Source: an uncultured Bdellovibrionales bacterium
GTDB lineage: Bacteria; Patescibacteriota; Minisyncoccia; Moranbacterales; UBA1568
Length of the DNA: 64,000 nucleotides
Reading direction: 5' to 3'
NCBI GenBank assembly: GCA_964500505.1
Contig: CAZCNN010000001.1
Location: 131,826 to 195,825, forward strand
Of the stretch, positions 1 through 9,339 are shown piece after piece (the first letter of the stretch is position 1; every line of letters begins with the position of its first letter). The position numbers were made by a program, and so were the translations under genes. The notes beneath the pieces were generated by a model. The model was given only the letters and a program-made list of their open reading frames with translations. It made no database searches and was not told where the DNA came from.

Positions 1-945
1 ACGAACGGGCACCGTAAGAGTATCAGATGGTTCTACATCGGCGCGACCCTCAAATGGGAGGTCCACTTCTTGCACCGTTCGATACGGTACGACATGCACC
101 TCTGCTTTGGGGAGAAAGAGAAATATCGCCACACCGATGAGTGACAAAAGTGAAATGCCTCCAAGTATGGCAAAAATTCGACCAGCCTTGGGCGACGTCA
201 CGGGGACGCGAGGTGCGGATGAGGGGGCCACTTCGGCCAACTTGGGCTCTGACTCATTTCTCGGTACACCGCCTTGAGTAAAAAAATTGCGGAGGCGAGC
301 TTCTCGGACAGTTTGAGTATCCTCGCGATTCGCCACACGTTCACTTGGGGTCGGAGGCACGACAGGCATCGAGCGCTCAATCGGGAGTACTATCTGTGGT
401 CGGAGACCCTGCGGAGCGGGTTTCGCTTGCATACTCGGCGCACCATCAAAGCGCTTAGAATTGAGACTCGGTGGCCGTTCGGGTGTAGCATTGCGGATAC
501 GGAGTGTCCGCGTGGCTGGCGCCACCGGTGCGCGAGGTGGCACACTCATCGGAGGTTTGGTCCCCCCTCCATAAAAATCACTACTTCCGATATCCTGAGA
601 TCGGAGCCCACCGAACGTGGGCTTGATGGTAGAAAGAGGCGCAGGTGTCACTTCCGGGGTGAGTTCGATATGCTCTGCAGCGCGTGAAAAATCGTCCGTA
701 TAGCGCTCGGCCGTGAGCCCAGCCTTCTCAGCGAGGAGCATCCCAGCCTCGTCTTGGGTCACGATCACGATGCGTTTGCCAAGCTTTTCTGCTTCACGTT
801 GAAAGAGTCGCAAGTTGACAATACTCTGAAGGACTAGCGCACGCTTGGGAAAGACAAAGTAATTCTCCTCGGATGATGAGCGACGCAATCGCCCAATCAC
901 CGAGATTATTTCTTCGTCGTTTTCGATATAAAATGTCTGAGGCAT
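1..945 (-). CDS. Partial hypothetical membrane protein (C-terminus runs off the window): about 90-aa N-terminal domain, Pro/Arg-rich linker, one TM segment (IFAILGGISLLSLIGVAIFLFL), then an extracytoplasmic part. It sits immediately downstream of ftsA where ftsZ would be expected, but it is not FtsZ.
   Basis: I scanned the plus strand in frame 1-3 for TTA/CTA/TCA and found none from position 1 to 945, so the minus frame is open to the window edge. ATG (cat) at 943-945 with AGGA about 8 nt upstream. No recognisable catalytic motifs. Confidence 0.45.
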   Translation of the reverse strand, partial: MPQTFYIENDEEIISVIGRLRRSSSEENYFVFPKRALVLQSIVNLRLFQREAEKLGKRIVIVTQDEAGMLLAEKAGLTAERYTDDFSRAAEHIELTPEVTPAPLSTIKPTFGGLRSQDIGSSDFYGGGTKPPMSVPPRAPVAPATRTLRIRNATPERPPSLNSKRFDGAPSMQAKPAPQGLRPQIVLPIERSMPVVPPTPSERVANREDTQTVREARLRNFFTQGGVPRNESEPKLAEVAPSSAPRVPVTSPKAGRIFAILGGISLLSLIGVAIFLFLPKAEVHVVPYRTVQEVDLPFEGRADVEPSDTLTVPVR

Positions 946-969
946 ACCACTATCCTATTATGTGTTTGA

Positions 970-2238
970 CTATTTTTTTTCAAGTGATTCCATACTCCGA
1001 TGGAGGATAGCAGAGAGCATCTTTTCTTCCTCGATAGCATCGAGAAGCGCCAGATGAGCGAGGCCAATCGGGGTCATATCCTGAGGATTATTGAGCTCGC
1101 CCGTCTCATCGGTGATACTCGCTACATCATGAGGCTGGAGAAAAGAAACCTGGGGTGGCTTGGAAAATGGTAGCGTCCCAGCCCATTCTGGAGTAAGGAG
1201 TGACTGTTTGATACCCGGGAGCGCCGAACCACCACCACAGAGAAAAATACGTGATGGCAGGAGATCAGTCTCAGCAAACTCCATAAGGGAAAGCTCCACT
1301 CCACCGAGCCAAATCCGACAGTCATCGGCAAACAGCGCTGCTACCCGCTCGGCATCATCGCTCTTGAGTCTCCCGTTGGCGTAGTCGAGTTTCATAGTTT
1401 CGGCCAGCTCAAAAGACAGACCGAACTCTTGGGCCAAGCGTTTGGTAAAAGCACGACCGCCGAGAGCAAACATTTTGGTCCCTTCGAGACCGCCATTTCT
1501 GACGACTGCGATATCCGTCGTCCCACCACCGACATCAATAAATATGGCACTAAAATCCATCATATCCTCAACCTCCACCGAACGGGCGACCGCGTAGGGC
1601 TCGGCCGCTACTGAGAGGAGGTCGAGATCAAGCTCATCAGCAATCGTCTCGAGAGCTCCCAAGTGAATCATTGGGGCGTAGGCGTTAAACACGCTCATTG
1701 ATACTGACCGGCCCTGGAAATCTATGGGGTTCAAGACATGATAGCCATCGATACGGACATCTACCATGGCAGCATTGATGAGCTTCACATCGATATCATT
1801 CTGACCCGTCTCCCACGACAGCTGGCGCTTGATACGTTCATAGGCCTTTTCCTGAACCTTTTGAATGATCATCTTGAGCTCGGACACGCCGATGTGCATC
1901 TCTGGATTGACTCGCTCATAGTGTACAGTCGTTGTCGTCCCCTTGACGAGCTCACCAGCGATACCGATAATACTCTTCTCAATACGCTTGACCCCTGCCT
2001 TTTCCTTGGCGATAGTGATGGCCTCTCGCGCAGATTCAATCACGCCACTGATGTCAGAGACGGCGCCACTTTGCATATTGCCAATCTTCTGAGCTGTCCG
2101 GCCGACACCAATGACGACACCACGACGCGCACCCTTTTCAATACGAAGAATAAGCGCTTTGACCACCTCGGTCCCGATATCAAGCGCCAAGACCAGATCT
2201 GAATCTTTACGAAATGAGAGACTACCAAAAAGACCCAT
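970..2238 (-). CDS. ftsA: Cell division protein FtsA (actin-like ATPase)
   Basis: N-terminal LALDIGTEVVKAL, phosphate-2 FIDVGGGTTDIAV, C-terminal LCGGGSALPGI and an amphipathic tail; 422 aa, typical FtsA length (PilM is shorter). Confidence 0.8.
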   Translation of the reverse strand: MGLFGSLSFRKDSDLVLALDIGTEVVKALILRIEKGARRGVVIGVGRTAQKIGNMQSGAVSDISGVIESAREAITIAKEKAGVKRIEKSIIGIAGELVKGTTTTVHYERVNPEMHIGVSELKMIIQKVQEKAYERIKRQLSWETGQNDIDVKLINAAMVDVRIDGYHVLNPIDFQGRSVSMSVFNAYAPMIHLGALETIADELDLDLLSVAAEPYAVARSVEVEDMMDFSAIFIDVGGGTTDIAVVRNGGLEGTKMFALGGRAFTKRLAQEFGLSFELAETMKLDYANGRLKSDDAERVAALFADDCRIWLGGVELSLMEFAETDLLPSRIFLCGGGSALPGIKQSLLTPEWAGTLPFSKPPQVSFLQPHDVASITDETGELNNPQDMTPIGLAHLALLDAIEEEKMLSAILHRSMESLEKK

Positions 2239-2273
2239 AGTATACGCGAAATGTTTGTGTTTCTATTATAGCA

Positions 2274-3299
2274 CTACCCGAGTCGTTCCGGGGTGATACT
2301 CTTTCTCATGGCCTCCATCGTTGACTCATCGAGGAGCCCCTCGATGGCACCATACTCCCCGACGACGCTTCCGCTATTGGCAATCCCACAGGCAAGCGCC
2401 TCAGGCAGTGTCCGGCCAGCTAGGTGCGCCCCAAAGAAGCCTGATCCAAACGCGTCACCTGCTCCGGTACTATCTACTACCGTAGTGCGTGTATGAATCG
2501 GACAGTACCAGAGTTCCGTCCCGTCATAGCCCCAAGCCCCCCGCTTACCATCAGTCATCCCAATCATCTTGACACCATGACGGGCGAGACTCCGGAGGAG
2601 AAAGGCTTCGTCGTTCAGTTCATCATCAGTCGGTCGAGGACTCGACTGCATGAGGAGCTCGATGGCTTCGTCTTTATTGAGGAGAAGCACGTCGACCTCG
2701 GGAAGCATCTCAAAGATATACTTGGCATCCTCACGGATATTGTGTTGCCCCGGATTGAGCGCGAGCTTTTGTCCATACTGCTTTTTGGCCTCGCGTATGG
2801 CCAAGAGATTAGCGTGCCAATCGCCGTTTAAAGCACTGACAAAAAGCCACTCTGCCCCCTTGAGTCGAGATGACTCGACGACGAGTCGTTCATTGGCATC
2901 ACGATTGTGAAAGATAGTGCGCTCACCAGTCTCCATGACCACAATGATAGCCGAGAGGTCAGTCTTGGCATCGGGATACGTCGTAAGGAGGTCTGTGGCG
3001 ACACCGATACGGTCGAGTTCGTGCATGATGTACCGACCAATTTCGTCTCCGCCGATACAACTGTATGTTGCGACAGAGCGACCGAGTCGTGCCAAACCAC
3101 AGGCGACATTGGCCGCTACACCACCAATCGCTTCGTAGCGGTCCGCGACGCGGTACTTACCACCGAGCTCAAACGCGATTTTCTCTTTGGCTGTGATATC
3201 ATCAGGCGTCTCGAATATGATGCCTTCATCGGTCGGAAAAAATATATCCTTCGAAGAGGAGCCGATACAAATAACCTCTGGACTTTTATGAAACCACAT
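2274..3299 (-). CDS. PfkB-family carbohydrate kinase (ribokinase-like)
   Basis: C-terminal DSTGAGDAF anion-hole motif and N-terminal GG motif of the ribokinase superfamily. Confidence 0.75.
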   Translation of the reverse strand: MWFHKSPEVICIGSSSKDIFFPTDEGIIFETPDDITAKEKIAFELGGKYRVADRYEAIGGVAANVACGLARLGRSVATYSCIGGDEIGRYIMHELDRIGVATDLLTTYPDAKTDLSAIIVVMETGERTIFHNRDANERLVVESSRLKGAEWLFVSALNGDWHANLLAIREAKKQYGQKLALNPGQHNIREDAKYIFEMLPEVDVLLLNKDEAIELLMQSSPRPTDDELNDEAFLLRSLARHGVKMIGMTDGKRGAWGYDGTELWYCPIHTRTTVVDSTGAGDAFGSGFFGAHLAGRTLPEALACGIANSGSVVGEYGAIEGLLDESTMEAMRKSITPERLG

Positions 3300-3310
3300 A
3301 GTGGACTCGC

Positions 3311-4621
3311 TTATTCAGTTAGTGTGACAGGTATCTCAACCTTCTGAAGCTCTTGATAGATTTCGGAGAGGCGATTGTACTTGGCGAGGCGTTCACCTCG
3401 GGAGAGCGAGCCTGATTTGATGAATTCAGCCCCTGTCCCGACAGCCAAATCAGCGATGAAATCATCTGGTGTCTCACCAGAACGATGAGAGATGATGCGG
3501 TTCATGCTATTTGCTTGAGCAAGGCGCATACAATCCAGGGTCTCCGTCACCGTTCCGATCTGATTGACTTTGATGAGGACCGCATTGCAGGCCTTTTCAG
3601 CAATCGCTTTTTCCAATCGGGAGACATTGGTCACCAAGAGATCATCACCGATGAGCATCACGGTCTGGTGCCATGAGGCTGGCTCACGCTCGAGCTTTTC
3701 CTTCATGGCGGCCCATCCCTGCCAGTCTTCTTCATGGAGACCATCCTCGATCGACACGATAGCGTGCTTAGTCATCCATTCGCGGTAGAGATTGACCAGT
3801 GATTCTCGTGACAGCTTTACGTCTTCGGGCTTCAAGAGATACTGATCCTCTGTCTTATCATAAAATGAATCAGCTGCCACATCGAGCCCGACATAGATCT
3901 GCTCCCCGAGCACGTAGCCTGCCTCGCGCACTGCCTCGCCGATGAGTTCGAGTGCCTGAGCATGTCCCTCCACTCGTGGCGCAAATCCACCCTCATCGCC
4001 CACCGCGGTGGTGAAGCCACGTTGATGGAGCAATTCTTCCAAGGCGTGAAAAATCTCACTCCCAGCCCGGAGTTGCTCAGGAAATGAGGCAATGCCAAAG
4101 GGAACAATCTTGAATTCCTGCACGGAGAGCCCAGAATCGGCGTGTTTACCACCATTCACGATGTTGAACATCGGGACTGGGAAATGCCCCTTGGCTTCTT
4201 TCTTGCCATACAAACTGGCGATATGAGTATGAAGCGGTACACTTGCGGACAAGGCGGCAGCACGACAGACAGCAAGTGACACCCCGAGGATAGCGTTCGC
4301 CCCGAGTCGCCCCTTGTTGGGCGTCCCATCGAGCGTCCGCATCGCTTGGTCGAGCTCGGTCTGTTTCGATGCCTCCATGCCTCGCACCGCATCAGCTATG
4401 AGCGTATTTACGTGCGCCACGGCCTGAAGCACTCCTTGGCCACGGTATCGTCTGGTGTCGCCGTCACGAAGCTCCAATGCCTCAAAAGCACCGGTTGACT
4501 TCCCTGAAGGGACCCCTGCCTTGGCCACGGTACCATCGTCGAGTGTCACCCGAACCTCGACGGTCGGATCGCCCCGTGAATCAAGAATTTCACGCGCCCA
4601 CACTTCTAGAATCTTGGCCAT
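3311..4621 (-). CDS. eno: Enolase (phosphopyruvate hydratase)
   Basis: Classic enolase N-terminus (ILDSRGDPTVEV), SIEDG and KVNQIGT motifs; 436 aa. Confidence 0.95.
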   Translation of the reverse strand: MAKILEVWAREILDSRGDPTVEVRVTLDDGTVAKAGVPSGKSTGAFEALELRDGDTRRYRGQGVLQAVAHVNTLIADAVRGMEASKQTELDQAMRTLDGTPNKGRLGANAILGVSLAVCRAAALSASVPLHTHIASLYGKKEAKGHFPVPMFNIVNGGKHADSGLSVQEFKIVPFGIASFPEQLRAGSEIFHALEELLHQRGFTTAVGDEGGFAPRVEGHAQALELIGEAVREAGYVLGEQIYVGLDVAADSFYDKTEDQYLLKPEDVKLSRESLVNLYREWMTKHAIVSIEDGLHEEDWQGWAAMKEKLEREPASWHQTVMLIGDDLLVTNVSRLEKAIAEKACNAVLIKVNQIGTVTETLDCMRLAQANSMNRIISHRSGETPDDFIADLAVGTGAEFIKSGSLSRGERLAKYNRLSEIYQELQKVEIPVTLTE

Positions 4622-4671
4622 ACATGATGTTTTTAGAGGCGACTTGTGCTCACTCCTACTGGTCTATTATA

Positions 4672-5721
4672 TCACGCCTGGAGAGCCACGAGACCCGGGA
4701 GACTGTCTCCACTCAAGTACTCAAGCATCGCTCCACCACCAGACGACACAAAACTAATTTTGCCAATGGCATCCGCCTTTTCGAGTACTGCGAGCGACTC
4801 TCCGCCACCAATGACAACATAGGCTTTGCTTTCGAGGATAGCGTGGAGGATAGCGTCGGTCCCTATGTCATACGGCTTTTCTTCAAACTTACCCATCGGT
4901 CCATTCCAGATGATGGTCTTGGCGGTAGCAATAATCTGCGTATAGTACCCGATGGTTTGCGGTCCGATATCGAGACGGAGCGATGAATCAAAGTCATTCG
5001 GAAGGAGTACTCTCTCTGAGAATGCAATTTTCTGATCCAACGCTTCATTGGCGATTCTCCCACCCACCAAGACCGCATCATAGCTCTGTTCGAGCGCCTG
5101 AATGAGCGGGAGTTTGGTCTCGATCTTGGCACCACCGATGATAGCGATGGCCGGATGCTCGGGAGCGGTCCGCACCCGATCAAGCTCGGTCAACTCCTCC
5201 ACGAGCCGTAGTCCAGCGTAGGATGGCAGGAGCCTGGTCACGGCCTCGACCGAGGCATGAGCGCGGTGACAAACGCTAAACGCCTCATTGACGTAGTGAG
5301 TAAACGGAGTCACGAGTCGCTTGGAAAATTCTCCATCGTTCTTTTCTTCTTCGGCGTAAAAACGGACATTTTCGAGGAGAAGCACCTGCCCCGGGAGGAG
5401 TGCCTCCAGTGCTGTCACGACTGAATCCCCGACACAGTCAGGCACAAAGACGACTTCACGGTCGAGCGCTCTGGCCACAGCATCGGTAAGTTTGGCCACC
5501 GAGTACCCCTGGTCCGGCTTGCCATCCGGACGGCCAAAATGAGTGAGGAGAGCGATTTTGACATGGGCACTTTCAGCAATCCGGTCCACGGATTTCTTGA
5601 CGATATCTAGTCGGAAATGCTCTTCGATGTCACCGATATTACTCTGCTCGATGTTGAAATCAACTCGCATGAGGACACGTGCACCGGAAAAATCTACCCC
5701 CTCCATACTGCGCAGTTCCAT
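4672..5721 (-). CDS. pgk: Phosphoglycerate kinase
   Basis: VLMRVDFN motif near the N-terminus. Start placed at MELRSM (ATG at 5719-5721), not at the longer ORF start at 5847, which would overlap mraY. Confidence 0.9.
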   Translation of the reverse strand: MELRSMEGVDFSGARVLMRVDFNIEQSNIGDIEEHFRLDIVKKSVDRIAESAHVKIALLTHFGRPDGKPDQGYSVAKLTDAVARALDREVVFVPDCVGDSVVTALEALLPGQVLLLENVRFYAEEEKNDGEFSKRLVTPFTHYVNEAFSVCHRAHASVEAVTRLLPSYAGLRLVEELTELDRVRTAPEHPAIAIIGGAKIETKLPLIQALEQSYDAVLVGGRIANEALDQKIAFSERVLLPNDFDSSLRLDIGPQTIGYYTQIIATAKTIIWNGPMGKFEEKPYDIGTDAILHAILESKAYVVIGGGESLAVLEKADAIGKISFVSSGGGAMLEYLSGDSLPGLVALQA

Positions 5722-5750
5722 AGGTTTCTTGTCTTCAAAAATTACTGAAA

Positions 5751-6887
5751 TTATTCGCCCATGCCGAGGATACCGATCATGACACCAATGAGCGCGGTCA
5801 GTGCCGTAAATATCCAGGCGCGCATAACAATCTTGGGCTCTGGCCATCCCTTGGCTTCAAAATGATGGTGGATGGGGGCAGCGAGAAATACTTTGCGACC
5901 AAAGAAACGCTTGGAAAGGAGCTGAATGGCGACACTGCCTGACTCGATAGAGTAGATAGCCACGATCACAAAGAGGACGAGAGCAGAATTCGTGAGCATC
6001 GCGACCACCCCGAGTGTCGTCCCGAGCGCAATGGCACCCGTATCGCCCATAAAGAATCGTGCCGGGTAGATGTTGAACCAGAGAAACGCGAGGAGTGCTC
6101 CAGCGAGCGCTGCACAGAACGCGGCGAGATCCATCTTGTTGTGTACAAAGGCAATGAGCGAAAAGGCACTGAAGGCGATGAGCAGTACTCCACCGTTTAA
6201 CCCATCAAGTCCGTCGGTTTCATTGGAGGAAATAGCTGCAAACAGAATAACAAAGATAAAAAGCGGGACATACCACCAGCCGATAGTGAAGTCACCGACA
6301 GCCGGGATATGAATCTCATCCCAACCAAGCTTGCTATAAAACCACCAGGCCCCAAATCCTGCGATAAGAAACAGCCACCAGAACCGAAAAGCGAAACGCA
6401 TCCCGCCACCCTTGTTGGTCCCTTTGCCACGGACGCTCATGTAGTCATCGAGGAGGCCCAGGAGGCCAGCCGTGACGAGGACAAAGAGTGGGAGCCACAC
6501 CTGAGAGCGCTTGAAGAAATCCAGCCGAGCGATGAAGTTCGTATTAGTCCACTCAGCGATAAACGGGAAAACATAGTGGGAGAGGAGTACGAGAAGGAGC
6601 ACCGTCACCCAGACGATGACTCCACCCATTGTCGGTGTCCCGGCTTTACCCGCATGGAGCTTGTTCACAAACGTGAGCTGCTCACCATTAACTGAGCGCT
6701 CTTTGATTTTGATGCCAAATTTGTACTTGTAGAGAAGATGCGTCCACAGCGGCGTCAATCCAAACGCGATAAGAAACGCCAAGAGACCCGTGGTCAATAC
6801 TTTGAGCACGTTTATGATCGTGGGAACACTCTGAATCTGCGCAATTTGTATAGCATCCATACCGAGTAATTTAATAACTATTTCCAA
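5751..6887 (-). CDS. mraY: Phospho-N-acetylmuramoyl-pentapeptide transferase MraY
   Basis: NETDGLDGL and PIHHHFE motifs; polytopic membrane protein. Confidence 0.9.
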   Translation of the reverse strand: MEIVIKLLGMDAIQIAQIQSVPTIINVLKVLTTGLLAFLIAFGLTPLWTHLLYKYKFGIKIKERSVNGEQLTFVNKLHAGKAGTPTMGGVIVWVTVLLLVLLSHYVFPFIAEWTNTNFIARLDFFKRSQVWLPLFVLVTAGLLGLLDDYMSVRGKGTNKGGGMRFAFRFWWLFLIAGFGAWWFYSKLGWDEIHIPAVGDFTIGWWYVPLFIFVILFAAISSNETDGLDGLNGGVLLIAFSAFSLIAFVHNKMDLAAFCAALAGALLAFLWFNIYPARFFMGDTGAIALGTTLGVVAMLTNSALVLFVIVAIYSIESGSVAIQLLSKRFFGRKVFLAAPIHHHFEAKGWPEPKIVMRAWIFTALTALIGVMIGILGMGE

Positions 6888-7921
6888 TCATGCGCCTGAA
6901 AACTCCAGTCAAACATAGACCGGATACTCTGCCAGCGTGACTGATCATCGAGGACTACGGCCACTACTTTGTGATTCGCAGTATAGTCAGTCGCTACGGC
7001 GAGAAGCGAGTATCCAGCGAGTGGGGTAAAGCCCGTCTTGGTGCCGATGAGATTCGGGAATTGGCCGAGCAGTTCATCAGTATTGAAAATTTCATGCTGG
7101 TAGCGACCATCGGCCGAAGTGATAAACTGCTTTTCATTGCGCATAATTTCCCAAATTTCCGGGTATTTGAGAGCATGGATGGTCACTTTCGCGATATCTG
7201 CCGCCGAAGAATAACACTCCGCCTCGCGTCCATCTGGCTCCAGTCCCGAGGGCGTACAGAAGTTTGAATTTTCTAGCCCGAGCTCCTTCGCTCGCTCATT
7301 CATAATCTTGGCAAAGCCATCCTGCGTCTTGCCGATGTGTTTGCCTAAAGCGATAGCAGCGTCATTGGCGCTATTCATAAGGGCCGCCTTCAAGAGATTT
7401 CGAACGCTCATTTGCTCCCCCGGCTTGAGGCGAACGCCGTTACAGAACCCGGAGCGTGGACATCCGACTCGTGTCCCCTCCGCATAGACCGCTTCTTCAT
7501 CGATGGTCACGAGTTCATCAAGATCCTTGACCCGCTCCATGACGATCGTAGCCGTAAAGAGCTTGGTAAGCGAAGCAATCTGACGCTGTTCATGGGCATT
7601 GCGCTCATAGAGCACTTTGCCTGATTCAGCATCCATGATAATCGAAGCATGCGCCGTTACTATAGCCAGACGAGGCGAATATTCTTTCAGTTCTGGTTGG
7701 AAACTAGTAGCGAGCTCCCGACTTTCTTCCACCACTGGCTGTACTTCTTGCGCGACGCCGAGCACCGCCGTCGCTACTGGAGCATCAAATCGGTCCGCTT
7801 CAGAAAAATAAGCATCGAGCGTTGACTCGAACCACGCGAGAAGTGGCTGACTCCCACCGCTGTACCACCCAAAAGCAAAGGCGGTTGCGACAAGCATAAG
7901 ACTGAGTAAGAAAAAGCGCAT
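6878..7921 (-). CDS. Serine-type D-Ala-D-Ala carboxypeptidase (PBP5/DacA-like), secreted
   Basis: Signal peptide, SLTK (SxxK) active-site motif, S11 peptidase-like layout. Confidence 0.75.
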   Translation of the reverse strand: MRFFLLSLMLVATAFAFGWYSGGSQPLLAWFESTLDAYFSEADRFDAPVATAVLGVAQEVQPVVEESRELATSFQPELKEYSPRLAIVTAHASIIMDAESGKVLYERNAHEQRQIASLTKLFTATIVMERVKDLDELVTIDEEAVYAEGTRVGCPRSGFCNGVRLKPGEQMSVRNLLKAALMNSANDAAIALGKHIGKTQDGFAKIMNERAKELGLENSNFCTPSGLEPDGREAECYSSAADIAKVTIHALKYPEIWEIMRNEKQFITSADGRYQHEIFNTDELLGQFPNLIGTKTGFTPLAGYSLLAVATDYTANHKVVAVVLDDQSRWQSIRSMFDWSFQAHDWK

Positions 7922-7924
7922 AGA

Positions 7925-8533
7925 TTATTCTTCGATGGGTGATGACTTTTTTGTTTGCGTCTCCTCATCAGATGCGACATCTGGCTGTCCAGCCAAGATG
8001 AGCTTGAGTCGCTCATCCTGGGAGAGAGTCTCAAAATCCGGTAACTCCGAAATCTGCCCCAATCCCAATGACTCAAGAAATCGGAACGTCGGGCGGTAGA
8101 GATACCCCCGACTGTCACTCGGATTCCCCTCACGTGAAATAAGGTCTCGGAGGAGAAGGTTGCGGAGCGTAAAGCTACAGTTGACTCCGCGGATAGCATC
8201 GATTTCAGAGCGCGATATCGGGGAGCGATACGCGACAATCGAGAGCACCTCTAGCGCCGCTTTGCTCAGGTTTTCTTGGAGCTCGCTTTTGGTCAGGGCC
8301 TCAACGATTGGGGCGTGCTCAGGTTTGGTAGCCATAAGTAACGACTCGCCATCCGAAAGAATCATGAGTCCGCGCAAAGCATTACTCTGATATTCTACCG
8401 CCAATGCTTGTCCTGCTGCTCGTATCTCATCTTTGGGTACACCGAGAATTTTCTCCAGACGAACGAGAGACAGTGCCTCCCCACTGACAAAAAGGAGCGC
8501 TTCGAGTGATGACTGGAGGGAGGATTGAGACAT
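7925..8533 (-). CDS. scpB: Segregation and condensation protein B
   Basis: SLEALLFVSGEALS N-terminus typical of ScpB; adjacent to scpA. Confidence 0.8.
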   Translation of the reverse strand: MSQSSLQSSLEALLFVSGEALSLVRLEKILGVPKDEIRAAGQALAVEYQSNALRGLMILSDGESLLMATKPEHAPIVEALTKSELQENLSKAALEVLSIVAYRSPISRSEIDAIRGVNCSFTLRNLLLRDLISREGNPSDSRGYLYRPTFRFLESLGLGQISELPDFETLSQDERLKLILAGQPDVASDEETQTKKSSPIEE

Positions 8534-8536
8534 AGG

Positions 8537-9244
8537 CTAAGAAACCAATCTTTTTATACGGATATCGCTAAAATACCTCTCCTGCTCCACCGAGATAAAG
8601 CGTTGCTTGATGAGCTCGAGCATAGCGAGAAATGAAACGATGACTTCCACCCGATTCTCGGCATTTTCGATAATCTCTCGGAACGATGACTCTACCCGCG
8701 CGCCGAGGGTCGTCTGGAGATGTGAGATTTTTTCCTCAAGGGTAATCACGAGGGCGATTTCCTTTTCTGGTAGGACTTCAAATACAGGAATATCACCGAG
8801 GACATCGACAAAGTGCTGGCGTAGCATTTCTTTGGTCAGTCCCTTGGGAGGATAAAAGACCACCTGTGTGCCAAGAAAACTCTCGCGATGATAGGCGCTT
8901 TTCCTCGTCCGAAAAAAGTTTCCCAGTCCCTGTGAAGCCTCACGAAACAAGCGATAGGCTTTGAGATGATACTCGAGGTCCTCCATCGCCTCTTCTTCTT
9001 CATCACTAAAGGTGAGAATAGGGAGGAGCGCTCGCGACTTGATCAGGATGAGCCGAGCCGCGATGGTGAGAAACGCCGAAAGATTCTCAAGCGACAGATG
9101 CTCTTCATCTCGAATGTAGGCAAGGTACTGATCGGCCACCTGGGCGAGACTGACTTGGGTGATGTCCATCTTCTCCTTTTCGATGAGCGTGAGGAGGAGA
9201 TCAAGTGGTCCCTCAAACTTTTCCAGATGAAATTGATACGCCAT
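8537..9244 (-). CDS. scpA: Segregation and condensation protein A
   Basis: MAYQFHLEKFEGPLDLLLTLIEKEK start typical of ScpA. I chose the internal start at 9244; the longer ORF start is 9271. Confidence 0.8.
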   Translation of the reverse strand: MAYQFHLEKFEGPLDLLLTLIEKEKMDITQVSLAQVADQYLAYIRDEEHLSLENLSAFLTIAARLILIKSRALLPILTFSDEEEEAMEDLEYHLKAYRLFREASQGLGNFFRTRKSAYHRESFLGTQVVFYPPKGLTKEMLRQHFVDVLGDIPVFEVLPEKEIALVITLEEKISHLQTTLGARVESSFREIIENAENRVEVIVSFLAMLELIKQRFISVEQERYFSDIRIKRLVS

Positions 9245-9339
9245 AAGAGTCAAAACGGAGTAAAAGCGCACAAATGAAAGAGGAAATGGGACAATCCACT
9301 TCCTCTCTACGATACCATTTTTATGCCTTTTTTGAAACC

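Noticed and set aside
274-687. 137-aa plus-strand ORF (also 198-380 minus, in another frame)
   Set aside because: Lies wholly inside the long open minus-strand frame 1-945, which has an RBS and a plausible domain structure. Arg/Trp-rich translation typical of a GC-rich shadow frame.
1738-2202. 154-aa plus-strand ORF
   Set aside because: Antisense to ftsA; shadow ORF.
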